Origin: Raja brachyura
Lineage: Eukaryota
Length of the DNA stretch: 64,000 nt
Direction of reading: 5' to 3'
NCBI GenBank assembly: GCA_963514005.1
Contig: OY740792.1
Location: 37,014,001 to 37,078,000 of the forward strand
Each line of letters starts with the position of its first letter. Within the stretch, counting starts at the first letter, position 1. Shown here piece after piece: positions 25,901-37,809 of the stretch. The translations under genes were made by a program, and so were the position numbers. A model generated the notes under the pieces. That model had not been told where the DNA came from, ran no database searches, and saw only the letters and a list, made by a program, of their open reading frames with translations.

Positions 25901-28496
25901 ATTTGTAAAAGGATTTATTTCTAAACCTAGGCTTAGACCAAATATTTTAAATACCAAAGGATTCCATTAAATGTAACACACCTGGCAGTTGTTTTCTCAA
26001 CTACAAATGATGTGTGGGCAAGTAGAAACAATTTTGGAAAAATTTTGTTTCTTACTAAATTGTGTCAAAACAACCCCAAACTTTAATGTATGAACATGAA
26101 TTATCCTTCAGGCAATTGATTAGTCATGAATGATCTGATTGACTGTAAAATCTAGGTTTCCTCTGGCGAGCACCTGGATCTAAATTTGAATAATGCACAA
26201 ATTTAATTGCAGATTTGATGGCAAGAATTTAAATATGAAATCACTTAATTACCAAATTACTTAATTAGACCGACCATTCATAATCTGAACGCCAAAATCA
26301 ATACATCAGTGGTACAGAATTTTAAAAAAATTGAAAACTGCCAAAGTGCTTGAAGAACACCAATCTATTCAGAATAGATTCTAACCATCTAGCTCTAGTA
26401 TCAATTAATACATTCTTTGGCAAAAGGTCAGATTATTTTAGCGTCAATGTGGTGACAAAGCAAGCTATGTCCAAATAAGCATATAAACGCTTGTTTCCTC
26501 AGGTGGCTAAGGAAATTCAGCATGTCTCCATTGACTCTTATTGAAGCTCCCAGCGAGCTGCGCAGGCGGCAGAAGCTCTAGGCAAGCTCCGGTCACACCT
26601 CGACAGCAGCCCTGGCTCGCCCGATGCTGAACCGGGAACCTATCTCCAGTTGTCTGAGGCTCGACTCCTGCTTAACCTCAAAGATAGGGAGAAGGGTGGA
26701 GAGAATCGGCAACAGCAGTGGACGCTGAACAAAGGTCTGTTTTTCAAGATGGAGAAGGATGGAGGAGGGGATTGGTGCCGCCAGGACAACAGGCCCTTAA
26801 GGCCAAGATAAGATTGCATTCCTAAGAACTTTGAAACTTTGTGAGAGTCAGAAACATGGCAACTCTTTCTGTACTATCTCGGTAAAGTGTACTAATACAT
26901 TATAATCATTGCACTTTTGTACTTATCTTTGATTATGCTCATCTATAGTAATTTTTTTACTGGATTGTATGCAAAACAAAGAATTTCACTATACCTAGGT
27001 ACATGTGACAATAAAGTATCATCATGATTAATTTCTACTGATGCGCCGTAGAATGCATCCGATTGGGATGGACTTAAGCTTGATATGGCAAAAGTGCTGT
27101 CCAAGACTGTAAGAAATTGCAGAATTGTAAATGCAGTCCAGTCCATTGCAAAAATGGGGAAGCAGCTAGCATAATCAAGGACCACTCATACCCCTGTCAT
27201 TCTCTCTAATCCTTTCTCCCAATGGGCAGAAAATAAAATAGCTTTAAAGCACATACTATCAGATTCAAGAACAGTTTCTCTCCTGCCATTATGTTACTCC
27301 AGAATGGATCTCTGGCATGCTAGGGATGAATTCCTGATCTTCCAATCTACCTTGTCGTGATTATTGCGTTTTTTATTCTGCACTTCCTCTGCAGCTTTAA
27401 CGCTATATTCTCTTATTTATATTATCCTTGGTACTGCCCAACATAGGGCATTATTAGCACTGTATCTTGGTACACATAACAATAAACCTTGCTGAACTTG
27501 TGTTGAATAAAGTGATGACGCACATTAAGATTGCACATTTAGCTGTTCAAAATATAGATCGCCATTCACATTTACAGATGTGAATGGTGATCTATATTTG
27601 TTCACCTGTTTCGACGAAGGCAATCAACCAAGATCAACTAAGATCAAATAGAACAAGTTGTCCAACTTTAGGCTGTGCACGCCATACGCAAGAAGAAGAA
27701 GAAGAAGTGATCAATATTCAACTTATCATTTCCTTTAAGCAAAATAAAGCAAATTAAATCGACATGATTTTTTAGAATCTGCTTGGAGCCAAACTGATTT
27801 AAGAATTCAATAGAAACACTGTCACGATCTGTACCAGCTAGGAAAATAGTGACAACTGAATTTCTCTCAAAATCATCTTGATAAAAACACTATTCCAAAC
27901 AATAATTATATCATTATTGATCAATGAAACATAGTCCCTTATATTTGACATTGGGGTTTGGTTGGTCAAATAACTACATTTTAAAAATCGATGGACACAA
28001 ATAATATAGCAGCTTGCAAGAATTTATCAGAAACATACACATATTTCACTACAAAATTGAAGATTCACTTGATTCATAAGGAACCTCTTAGGAAATGCAT
28101 GGACATTGTTGGACCTCAGTTTACTAGGTTTGAATTAAGAACATTATCATCTCTGCGACAACTGTGCCAAGAAATACTGCTTGTATCCACGTTCTTCTGA
28201 CTATACAAAAATAGACATCAAAAATATATAGATAGCTTTACATTTTAATTCCATGAACCTGAAGTCCAAGGTTCAGGTAATGCAGAGAATTTAAGAATGA
28301 GAATAAGGTGGAATATTTTTCTGTGCTTCTTAGAATCCAGACATACCCATCTTCAATATAGGTAATACTTGCAAATGAGCTCTTTTTAAACAAATAACTA
28401 AGTTTGATGGCTTCAAAGTACTTAAGTAGGTAACAAGAAAATGTAACAATAGTGATCATTGTTTCCTAAATCCATTCTCTTCATTAAAAAGCTACT

Positions 28497-28682
28497 TCAC
28501 AGGACTGTCAATTCTCCCGTACAATGGTTGCAACAATTAAATGTAATATTTTCATATCTGGTATATGGATGAAATCGCCCAATGCTCTTTTTGTTGGCAA
28601 GAAATGAAGCCGGGGATGTATCACAGAATGGAAGATCAGCTGTTCCTTTACTACATGCCGTAAGATCCAAAATCTTTAAAAC
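28497..28682 (-). CDS. BLZF1: BLZF1 (golgin-45) last coding exon
   Basis: VLKILD...IGRFHPYTRYENITFNCCNHCTGELTVL*, the conserved GRASP55-binding C-terminus. 186 nt. Confidence 0.95.
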   Translation of the reverse strand, partial: VLKILDLTACSKGTADLPFCDTSPASFLANKKSIGRFHPYTRYENITFNCCNHCTGELTVL

Positions 28683-28759
28683 CTGCAAATGGAAATGGGA
28701 TGAGAACATTTGTAAATGTAAAGTTGATTAATAAGATTGCAAAATATACGATAATTATT

Positions 28760-29070
28760 GTTTAGTTTAGTTTAAGATGCAGTGCGGAAACAGGCTCTTT
28801 GGTCCACACACTCTGCACCGACCAGCGATCATCCTGTACACTAGCACTATCCTACACACTGGGGACAAATTAGAATTTTATCAAAGCCAATTAACGTACA
28901 AATCTGTACGTCTTTGGAGCGTGGGTAGAAACCAAAGCACTCCGAGGACATCCGCGTGGTCATGGGGAGAACGTACACACTCTGTACAGACAACACTCGT
29001 AGTCAGGATCAAACCCGGGTTTCTGGCGCTGTAAGGCAGCAGCTCTACCGCATTGTCACCCGTGCCGCCC
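28760..29070 (-). repeat. V-SINE (HE1-like)
   Basis: Reverse-complement copy with (gttta)n tail. Confidence 0.85.
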
Positions 29071-31149
29071 TCTCTAGGCGTTCCTTGCCTTAGGAACTTT
29101 ACTTTACCTTAACCATAAGGTCACAGAGGGAAAATATACATTGATTTGTTTGATTTATTTACAAATTTCTATAGTGGATTGTGTAAACTTTTTCATCAAC
29201 TTAGATAACTAGGGCAATACCGTGACACAGCTTGTAGATCTGCAGCCTTCCAGCACCAGAGACCCATGTTCAATCCTGACCTTGGGTGCTGTCTGTGCAG
29301 AGTTTGCATGTTCTCCCCATGACCGCATTAGTTTCCTACCTCATCACAAGACATGCAGGTTTGTAGGCTAATTGGCCTCTGTACATTACCCCTTTGATAT
29401 GTGAAAACAGTGCATGATTTACACAGTTAATGGTACAACCCTGTAGATGTTATAGAACAGAAAGATCTAGGAGTACGTGCATAGCTCTCTAGAAGTGGCG
29501 AGTCAGGTGGACAGTAAGGTGAAGAAGGCGTTTGGAACGTTTGCAGTAATTGAGAAGCGTACTGAGTACAAATGCTGGGTCATTTAGATATGCAAGGAAT
29601 AGAGGGATATGTATTATGTGAAGTCAGATAAGAATTAGTCTTGACATATTATTTGGGATAGGCAAAGGGCCTGTTCCTGTACTATATTGTTCCATTCTAT
29701 AATGACACAACTGCACAAGTCATTGGTGAGACCACATTTGATATACTGTGTGCAGTTCTGGTTGCCCAGCTATATAAAAAATGTCATTAAGTTGGAAAGG
29801 GTGCAGAAAAGATTCACCACTACTGGTCGAGAGGTTGGATAGGCTGGGACTTTTTTAAATTTGAAACATGGGAGGTTGAGTGATGACTTTATTGAAAATC
29901 GTGAGAGGCATGGATAAAGTGAATGTTCAGTCATTTTCCTCAGGGTAAAGGATTGTAAAACATAAAAGGCATCTCAGAGGCAACGTTTTCACTCAGCGAA
30001 TGGACCAAGCTACCAGAAAAAGTTGTAGAAGCAGATCCAATTATGGCATGGATAGGAATGGATTAGACGGATATGGATGAAATGCAGGCTAAGTGGACTA
30101 GCCCAACTAGGTCGACATGGACAAATTGGGTTCCATGCTTGTTTCCATGCTTATAGCTCTATGAATGTATGACTATTAAACTACACCTCATTCAGAACTG
30201 CACGGTGAACACGCAAGCCAAGAAATTGGATTTTCCTTACTTTTTGGTGAGCTAGAGACAAGGCTGGTGACAGAAACCTAATGAAGTAAGTCTAATTATG
30301 TGCACAATCAATGAGCATGGTGTGATTGTCAATGTTATAGACTGCAATAAGGAAGAATTTATGCACCACAAGAAACACATAATTGTTATGACCTTTATCA
30401 CTTCCTTCACAGTCCTATCAACAGGACATGGACAAAAACCTAGACAAAAAACTGAAGTATTATTAAATAGACAAGAATTTTTGAGGCGAATGAGATCTGA
30501 GAGTGATTGGGGTTTGGATGAGCCTGCAGGGATGAATGAGATGGGTTTTCTTAAATGGCCACCACTGTGGCACAGCGGTAGAGCTGTGACCTTACTGAGA
30601 CCCGGGTTCAATCCTGACCGAATGTGTGGAGATTATACGTTCTCCCTGTGACTCGTGGGTTTCCTCTGGGCGCTCCGGTTTCCTCCCACATTCCAAAGAC
30701 ATGCAGCTTTGTACGGTAATAGCTTCTGTAAATTTCCTTAGTGTGTAGGATAGAGCTAGTGTATGGGGTGATCGCTGGTTGGCATGGGCTGAAGGACCAG
30801 CTTCCACGCTGGATAAACTGAAAAAGATAGGAATATTTGAGGCAATGGAGATGTGAGAAAGATTAAGGAAGAATGGACTTGGGCTGAGCCTGCAAGGACG
30901 CATGGGATGGTTGTTTTTTAATGAAGATGTTAATGATGGATTTAAAAGTTGGTGGTGTTTTGGCGATAGCAAACTGTAGATACTGGAATCTCGAGCAAAT
31001 AAGGTTTGATCTTTGTTGGTGACTGGGACTGGACGGGGTATTCAGTTATTCACAGTACTTGAAAAATGAGCTGCTAATGATGTATTGGCACAGGATTCGG
31101 GAGATGGTTCCCATAAATGTTGAATTCTTTAAGATGCTGGAAAAATCAA

Positions 31150-31315
31150 AGATAGACAAAAATGCTGGAGAAACTCAGCGGGTGAGGCAGCATCTATGGA
31201 GCGAAGGAATAGGTGACGTTTCGGGTCAAGACCCTTCATCAGTCTGAAGAAGGGTCTCGACCCGAAACGTCACCTATTCCTTCACCCGCTGAGTTTCTCC
31301 AGCATGTTTGTCTAC
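31150..31315. repeat. Head-to-head Penelope terminal-repeat unit (representative copy)
   Basis: Palindrome centred at 31243. Similar units at ~2475-2705, 3357-3545, 19278-19500, 42100-42280 and 62670-62820. Confidence 0.8.
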
Positions 31316-31859
31316 CTCCCATAATTGTTAAGCTCAGAGAGGTAAAAGAAATACCAATGAGAAACTAGAGGAGATGTGGTTCTAGGGCGAGGGCAAATTG
31401 CAGTGGGATTTGGATGCGTTAGCATTGACTCAAGTTGACTGCTAAGTATTGCGTTAAAGTCAATGTTTGGATATGTGCATTCATCTTTAAGGACAAACCA
31501 AGTCCTGAATTTCCCATGAAATATAATCGCTGACAAGAACAAAGAGGTACCCGGCGGGAGCATCAAGAACAAAGATGACCTGACGTGAGTCCGCTGTGAA
31601 CCAAGAGGTACCCGGTGGGCTGCCTGTGGCCATGTGCAGCGGCAGGCCTGGTTCGCTGCTGGAAGAAGATAACACTGTACTAAGAGGTTTTGAAACTTGA
31701 TCGGTGGCAGAAACGTGGGGACTCTTTGTGTACTGCGTAGGTGATGTCTGCTCCATAATTTAACCGAGTGCAGGCAAAAACAAAGAACGTCACTGTACTT
31801 AAATACATGTGACAATAAAGTATAATTGAATCATTGAACCTTGCAAAATCATATTATAC

Positions 31860-32079
31860 CTTTTCAGCCATTTTTTCCGCAGGTGTGTTGCAGAATTCAA
31901 TCTGTTGGTTTGTCGTTTGTGCGTTACTTATACTTAGTTTTCCTAGAAGGTGACAGTTTACAGCCTCGGCTAATTTATGATTGGCGGATGCTAGCTCTGC
32001 TGTGGTGAATGGTTGGGCACTAGGGTAGTAGGTTTGTTCGCGGCCCCACTGCAGTGATACCAAGAGCTCCTCCAGGAAT
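31860..32079 (-). CDS. BLZF1: BLZF1 coding exon 5
   Basis: FLEELLVSLQWGREQTYYPS...FCNTPAEKMAEK. 220 nt, AG/GT flanks. Confidence 0.95.
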
Positions 32080-32387
32080 CTGTGAAATATAAAACAATGG
32101 ATTACTTGATAGCTTATTTAATGCAGAACTAATCTAGACAATTTGAACACTTTACTGCAGGTAGCTGCAATGCTAATCTAAGTGATCTATATTTATAGTA
32201 TCACAATTTAAACTATAGATACAGCGCTTGAACAGGCCCTTTGGCTCACCGAGTCCGCGCCAACAAGCTTCTTGGCAGGTTTTTCAAACATGTATTGCCA
32301 TTATCTTAAGAAATAAAGAGAGAAGAATGGAGTTCATGTGCAAATGATGTGGTAAGTAAATTCCTTGGTGCTCTATGTTTTTAAATA

Positions 32388-33533
32388 CCGTATTTCCTGG
32401 CAATGAAGACGCTATTTTTTACTCAAAATAAGGCACGAAAATGTACATGTGTCTTGGAAGCCGAAGTTGGAAGGTTGTAAGCCAAGAAAGATAGACTTGG
32501 CTATCCCTCAGTACAGCAACATCAAGAACGATGTTGTTGTACTGAGGGATAGCCAAGTCTATCCCTCATTGCTGGCAGCTAATGGGAAGCAGCTTTAAAA
32601 GGACAGCGCTGCTGATGAGGGCAGAGTTCCTTTCCCAGCGTATGGGGAGTCTGGCCCGGGGTAAAGTTGCGGAGAGGGCAGGAGCGTTGAGAAGGAGGTG
32701 GTCGGGGATCATGCCAGCAACTCACTTGCCGGGCGCGGAGCCACAGCATTGTGGCTGGGGGGGAGAAGTAGCTTGGGTGGCTGCGAGTGGCCGCTGGAAC
32801 CGGCCGCCACCTCAGCTCCTTCTGCTGGCCCCCGCTCACCTCTGGCAGTGTTCTCCGTCTGAAAACTTCTCTCCTGCCGCTCGCCGACCTCACTCATGTC
32901 AGCCGCTTCCCACAAATCCTTAAATTCCGACAGCGCGATCAAGGAACCAATTGCGGTTACTCGGCTGTCGGAATTTAAGGATTTGCGGGAAGCGGCTGAC
33001 AAGAGCGAAGCCGGCGAGCAGCAGGTGTTCAAAGATGTTCAGACGGAGAGCACTGCCAGCGGTGAGTGGGCTGGCAGAAGGCGCTGAGATGGCGCCCAGT
33101 TCCGCTGTCCGGTCCCAAGGCCGCTCGCAGCCACCCGAGCTGCTTTCCTCCCCAGCCACAATGCGGGGGCTCCATGCCCGGAGCGCCGCGGCAGCGGTGA
33201 GTGAGTTACTGGCATGATCCCCAACCCCCTCCTTCTCAACTCTGCTGCCCTCCCCGCAACTTTACCCCTGGCCACCAATTGGTGCCTTGAACTAGTATTG
33301 TCATTCAATAAGATCACAACTGATTCAACGTTTTTCCCACCATCCCTCCACCTGCCGTCACCCTCCACCTCCCACCCATTCAGTAATTCAGAATGAAGGA
33401 GATTTGGAAGTCTTGGCAAATTGCTTTCTTTATTTTTATTTTTTTGAGCGTGAGAAATTCTATGTCCCGCCAGCCTTCTTTCAAAATTTAGCAACTCAAA
33501 ATGGGGGTGCATTTTCATTGCCGGGAAATATGG
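32388..33533. mobile_element. Tc2/pogo-like foldback MITE
   Basis: TA|CCGTATTTCCTGGCAATGAAGACGC TIR and its reverse complement ending at 33533; long internal inverted repeats. Confidence 0.75.
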
Positions 33534-33589
33534 TTCTTTATTAAGAGATTTGGCTTTTGAAGACTTTATAAAAGTTGACTGATAGCTTA

Positions 33590-33950
33590 TGGAGAGAACA
33601 ATCTGCACATGTGCAGTTTAAGATTTTTAAAAAGTCGACTGACTGCCTGCACGCTGCTCTCCCGCACGTTGCTTACTCCGCACTCGCTCAACACACACTG
33701 CTCACTCCGCTCCTTCAGCTTTATTTTCCTGCCACCAGTGATTGACAGCGGGTGGCGGAAGGGGCAGTTTTTACGATTTTTAAACCATGGCTTTTGTACT
33801 ATTCCACCGATCGAAACAAAACTTGTTGCACTTGTAGCACAGGAGAATGGCGAGTAAGGTGGCGAGAAATCGTGTTGCGATCGGGTACCGTTTTTGCAAA
33901 ATGTAAAAACAACGCAAACCGGAAGAGGACAAGATGAGAGTTTTATATAC
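33590..33950 (-). mobile_element. Probable Helitron 5' fragment
   Basis: Minus-strand TATAAAACTCTCATCTTG resembles the 5' subterminal tataaaactctgatcttg at ~21791. Confidence 0.45.
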
Positions 33951-34590
33951 ATTATCAGCTCTGATTGGATACCTAGAACCACATCTCCTCTAGTTTCTCT
34001 GATTGGATACCATGCAAAACAAAGCTTTTCACTGTACCAACAAGTGACAGTAATAAATCTAAACCGAGATAGGGTAGATGTTCAGAACCCTTTTCTCAAG
34101 GTGGAAATGTCAAGCTAATGTAACCTAATTGAGTTACAGTTGTTAAAATGCAAGATCAAAAGAGATGGGAGTAACTTAATTTAATCTAGATAAATGTTCA
34201 CCAGCTACTATAATAGAGGTATTTCTGAGATTTATATACCAATCAATAATAGGGTACCACTCAATGATAATTTGCTTGATTTAAGCTAATTGGTTCCCAA
34301 TGAGCATTGGGATTTCTTTGTAACAGCTGGTAATTTAAAGGTTGAGAGTTTATTCAATCGGTTTAGATTTATTATCGTCATGTGTACCGAGGTGCTTTGA
34401 AAGGAAAAAAAAGAGGTAGTGTTAAGCAAAAATTGTCAATGGGGAGGGTCTCTGGTCTGTGTGGCAGACTGAGCTACATCTGCAACCCTGCAATTTCTTG
34501 CAATCTTGGGCAGAGCTGATGCCAAACCAAACTGTGATGCATCCCGTTTAATTGACAATGCGTGATAGACCCTCCAGGATAAAAGTGTAC

Positions 34591-34719
34591 CTGTGGGAGT
34601 CAACCATATCCTGACGAAATTGCTCACGCTCGTTGAGAAGGTCCTGAATGGCACTTTGGGTTTCTCTGACGTTACGCTGCAGTGACATCCTGGAATGGGA
34701 CAACTCATCGGCCATTACT
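34591..34719 (-). CDS. BLZF1: BLZF1 coding exon 4
   Basis: VMADELSHSRMSLQRNVRETQSAIQDLLNEREQFRQDM. 129 nt, phase 2/2. Confidence 0.93.
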
Positions 34720-34778
34720 CTGGTGAGTCAAAATAACATTTCACGATCAAAATAACACTTAATTCAGAAAATTACAGC

Positions 34779-36355
34779 ATAGAAACATAGAAAATAGGTG
34801 CAGGAGTAGGCCATTCGGCCCTTCGAGCCTGCACCGCCATTCAATGTGATCATGGCTGATCATCTAACTCAGTATCCCGTACCTGCCTTCTCTCCATACC
34901 CCCTGATCCCTTTAGCCACAAGTGCCACATCTAACGCCCTCTTAAATATAGCCAATGAACCGGCCTCAACTACCTTCTGTGGCAGAGAATTCCAGAGACT
35001 CACCACTCTCTGTGTAAAGAATGTTTTCCTCATTTTGGTCCTAAAGGAATTCCCCCTTATCCTTAGACTGTGACCCCTTGTTCTGGACTCCCCCAACATC
35101 GGGAACAATCTTCCAGCATCTAGCTTGTCCAACCCCTTAAGAATTTTGTAAGTTTCTATAAGATCCCCCCTCAATCTTCTAAATTCCAGCGAGTACAAGC
35201 CGAGTCTATCCAATCTTTCCTCATATGAAAGTCCTGACATCCCAGGAATCAGTCTGGTGAATCTTCTCTGTACCCCCTCTATGGCAAGGATGTCTTTCCT
35301 CAGATTTGGAGACCAAAACTGTGCGCAATACTCCAGGTGTGGCCTCACCAAAACCCTGTACAACTGCAGTAGAACCTCCCTGCTCCTATACTCAAATCCT
35401 TTCGCTATGAATGCTAACATACCATTTGCTTTCTTCACTGCCTGCTGCACCTGCATGCCTACTTTCAATGACTGGTGTACCATGACACCCAGGTCTCGTT
35501 GCATCTCCCCCTTTCCTAATCTGCCACCATTCAGATAATAGTCTACCCTCATGTTTTTGCCACCAATTTGCCTGCCATTCTGAAAAGGACCTGTTTACTC
35601 CTACCCTTTGCCTCCTGTCTGCTAGCCAGTTCTCTATCCACATCAATACCGTGTGCTTTAAGTTTGTATGCTAATCGCTTATGCGGGACCTTGTCGAAAG
35701 CCTTCTGAAAGTCTAGATATAACACATCCACTGGTTCTCCCTTATCCACTCTACTAGTTACATCCTCGAAAAATTCTATCAGATTTGTCAGACATGATTT
35801 ACCTTTCGTAAATCCATGCTGACTTTGTCCAATGATTTCACCACTTTCCAAATGCGCTGCTATCCCATCTTTAATAACTGACTCTAGCAGTTTCCCCACT
35901 ACCGATGTTAGACTAACTGGTCTGTAATTCCCCGCTTTCTCTCTCCCTCCTTTTTTAAAAAGTGGGGTTACATTAGCTACCCTCCAATCCTCAGGAACTA
36001 CTCCAGAATCCAAGGAATTTTGAAAAATTATCACTAATGCATCCACTATTTCTGTGGCTACCTCCTTGAGTACTCTGGGATGCAGACTATCTGGCCCTGG
36101 GGATTTATCGGCGTTCAATCCGTTCAATTTACCCAACACCACCTCCCGGCTAACCTGGATTTCACTCAGTTCCTCCATCTTATTTGACCCCCGTTCCACT
36201 GCTATTTCCGGCAGATTATTTATGTCTTCCTTAGTGAAGACAGAACCAAAGTAGTTATTCAATTGGTCTGCCATGTCCTTGTTCCCCATGATAAATTCAC
36301 CTGTTTCTGACTGCAAGGGACCAACATTTGTTTTAACTAGTCTCTTTCTCTTCAC
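34779..36355 (-). mobile_element. CR1 (HER1-like) LINE, 5'-truncated, with internal deletion of the RT core
   Basis: ORF2 motifs KSPGPD, NYRPVSLTS, YLDFQKAFDKVPH and RPHLEYC; (TATGTTTC)n tail. Confidence 0.93.
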
Positions 36356-36619
36356 ATACGTTTTTTTTAGTTAAAAGGTATTTAAGAAACAAGAACCAAT
36401 GGATACACTGTGGATCAACAGAGCCCGTGCTAAAAGTAAATTCCGATGCTTCAGTAGTGTCCGACAATAAAAATGAATGCCATTTTTTGAAAACTATTAA
36501 CAGAGATGTTAAAAAGATATACACTTCAAGCAGCATTACAACAAAAAAAAGCTATTTTATGAATTTACTTCAAGTTTATTACTGTGCAAAAATTATTTTG
36601 ACCATTAGAGAATGCCAGC

Positions 36620-36932
36620 TTTAGTTTTAGAGATAAGCATGGAAACAGGCCGTTTGGCCGATTGAATCCACGTTGACCATCGATCACCTTTTCGCACTAG
36701 TTCTATGATCCCACTTTCCCATCCAGTCCTACAGTCAGGGCAATTTATCGAGGACCAATTAACATACAAACCCGCATGTCTTTGGGATGTGGGAGGAAAG
36801 CAGAGCATCCTGAGGAAACTCATGCGGTCACAGGGAGAACGTGCAAACTCTCGCAGACAACAGCCGAGGTCAGGATCGAACCTGGGTCTCTGGCGCTGCG
36901 AGGCAGCGGCTCTAATAGTTGCGTCACCGCGC
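36620..36932 (-). repeat. V-SINE (HE1-like)
   Basis: Reverse-complement copy. Confidence 0.8.
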
Positions 36933-37234
36933 CATCATGTTTTTGGTGCATTTAGTTGAATTATCACAATGCTCTCATATACAGAATATACTGTACAGAT
37001 ATATGCCATTTGCTCCAACTGGTCCAAGCTGATACTTACACTCTCCATTATTTCCACTGAAATGCATCTGCGCTATTTACCCCAATACTTCATGTGCTCT
37101 CAGTGAAGAAGGTAATTTCATTTCATTTTAAATTTCATTTTAATTGAATTCCAATATCATTTTTGGATATCTGTGTTAATGATAATGGTTTTACTTTGGC
37201 TCTTCCCTAACTGTGAAAATACATTCTCTGCATC

Positions 37235-37568
37235 TGTTCCCGATGTTCGGGAGGTCCAGGACAAGGGGTCACAGCTTAAGGATAAGGGGGATATCCTTTA
37301 GGACCGAGATGAGAAGGACCTTTTTCACACAGAGTGTGGTGGGTCTCTGGAACTCTCTGCCACAGAGGGTAGTGGAGGCCAGTTCATTGGCTATATTTAA
37401 GAGGGAGTTAGATGTGGCCCTTGTGGCTAAGGGGATCAGAGGGTATGGAGAGAAGGTAGGTACGGGATGCTGAGTTGAATGATCAGCCATGATCATATTG
37501 AATGGCGTTGTAGGCTCGAAGGGCCGAATGGCTTACTCCTGCACCTAATTTCTATGTTTCTATGTTCT
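37235..37568 (+). mobile_element. CR1 LINE 3' end
   Basis: SRTRGHSLRIRG...WNSLPQ and a tatgtttc tail. Confidence 0.9.
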
Positions 37569-37809
37569 ATTATGAAACCTCTCAGCCCTCTTTGTTTAAG
37601 GAAATCAGGTTTCAACCCTTAGAATTCCAAGAAATATTTAAAAAAATCCTGGCATACAAGAAACATTCCTGGCCTGTTTGTTCTTACAAGTATGATACCA
37701 CCGTCCTGATGTCAAACTTTAATTATTTATTTGCAGTCTTTCTAATAATTTTATATCCTTACTTATAAAGTGGTAACTGTAGTGTTCCAATTATGGTCTA
37801 ATAATCCAC

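Noticed and set aside
32579-33608. Cluster of ORFs on both strands
   Set aside because: A by-product of the GC-rich palindromic MITE; no transposase motifs.
34869-36355. 268-aa and 227-aa ORFs as host genes or an active RT
   Set aside because: CR1 ORF2 remnants lacking the catalytic FADD region.
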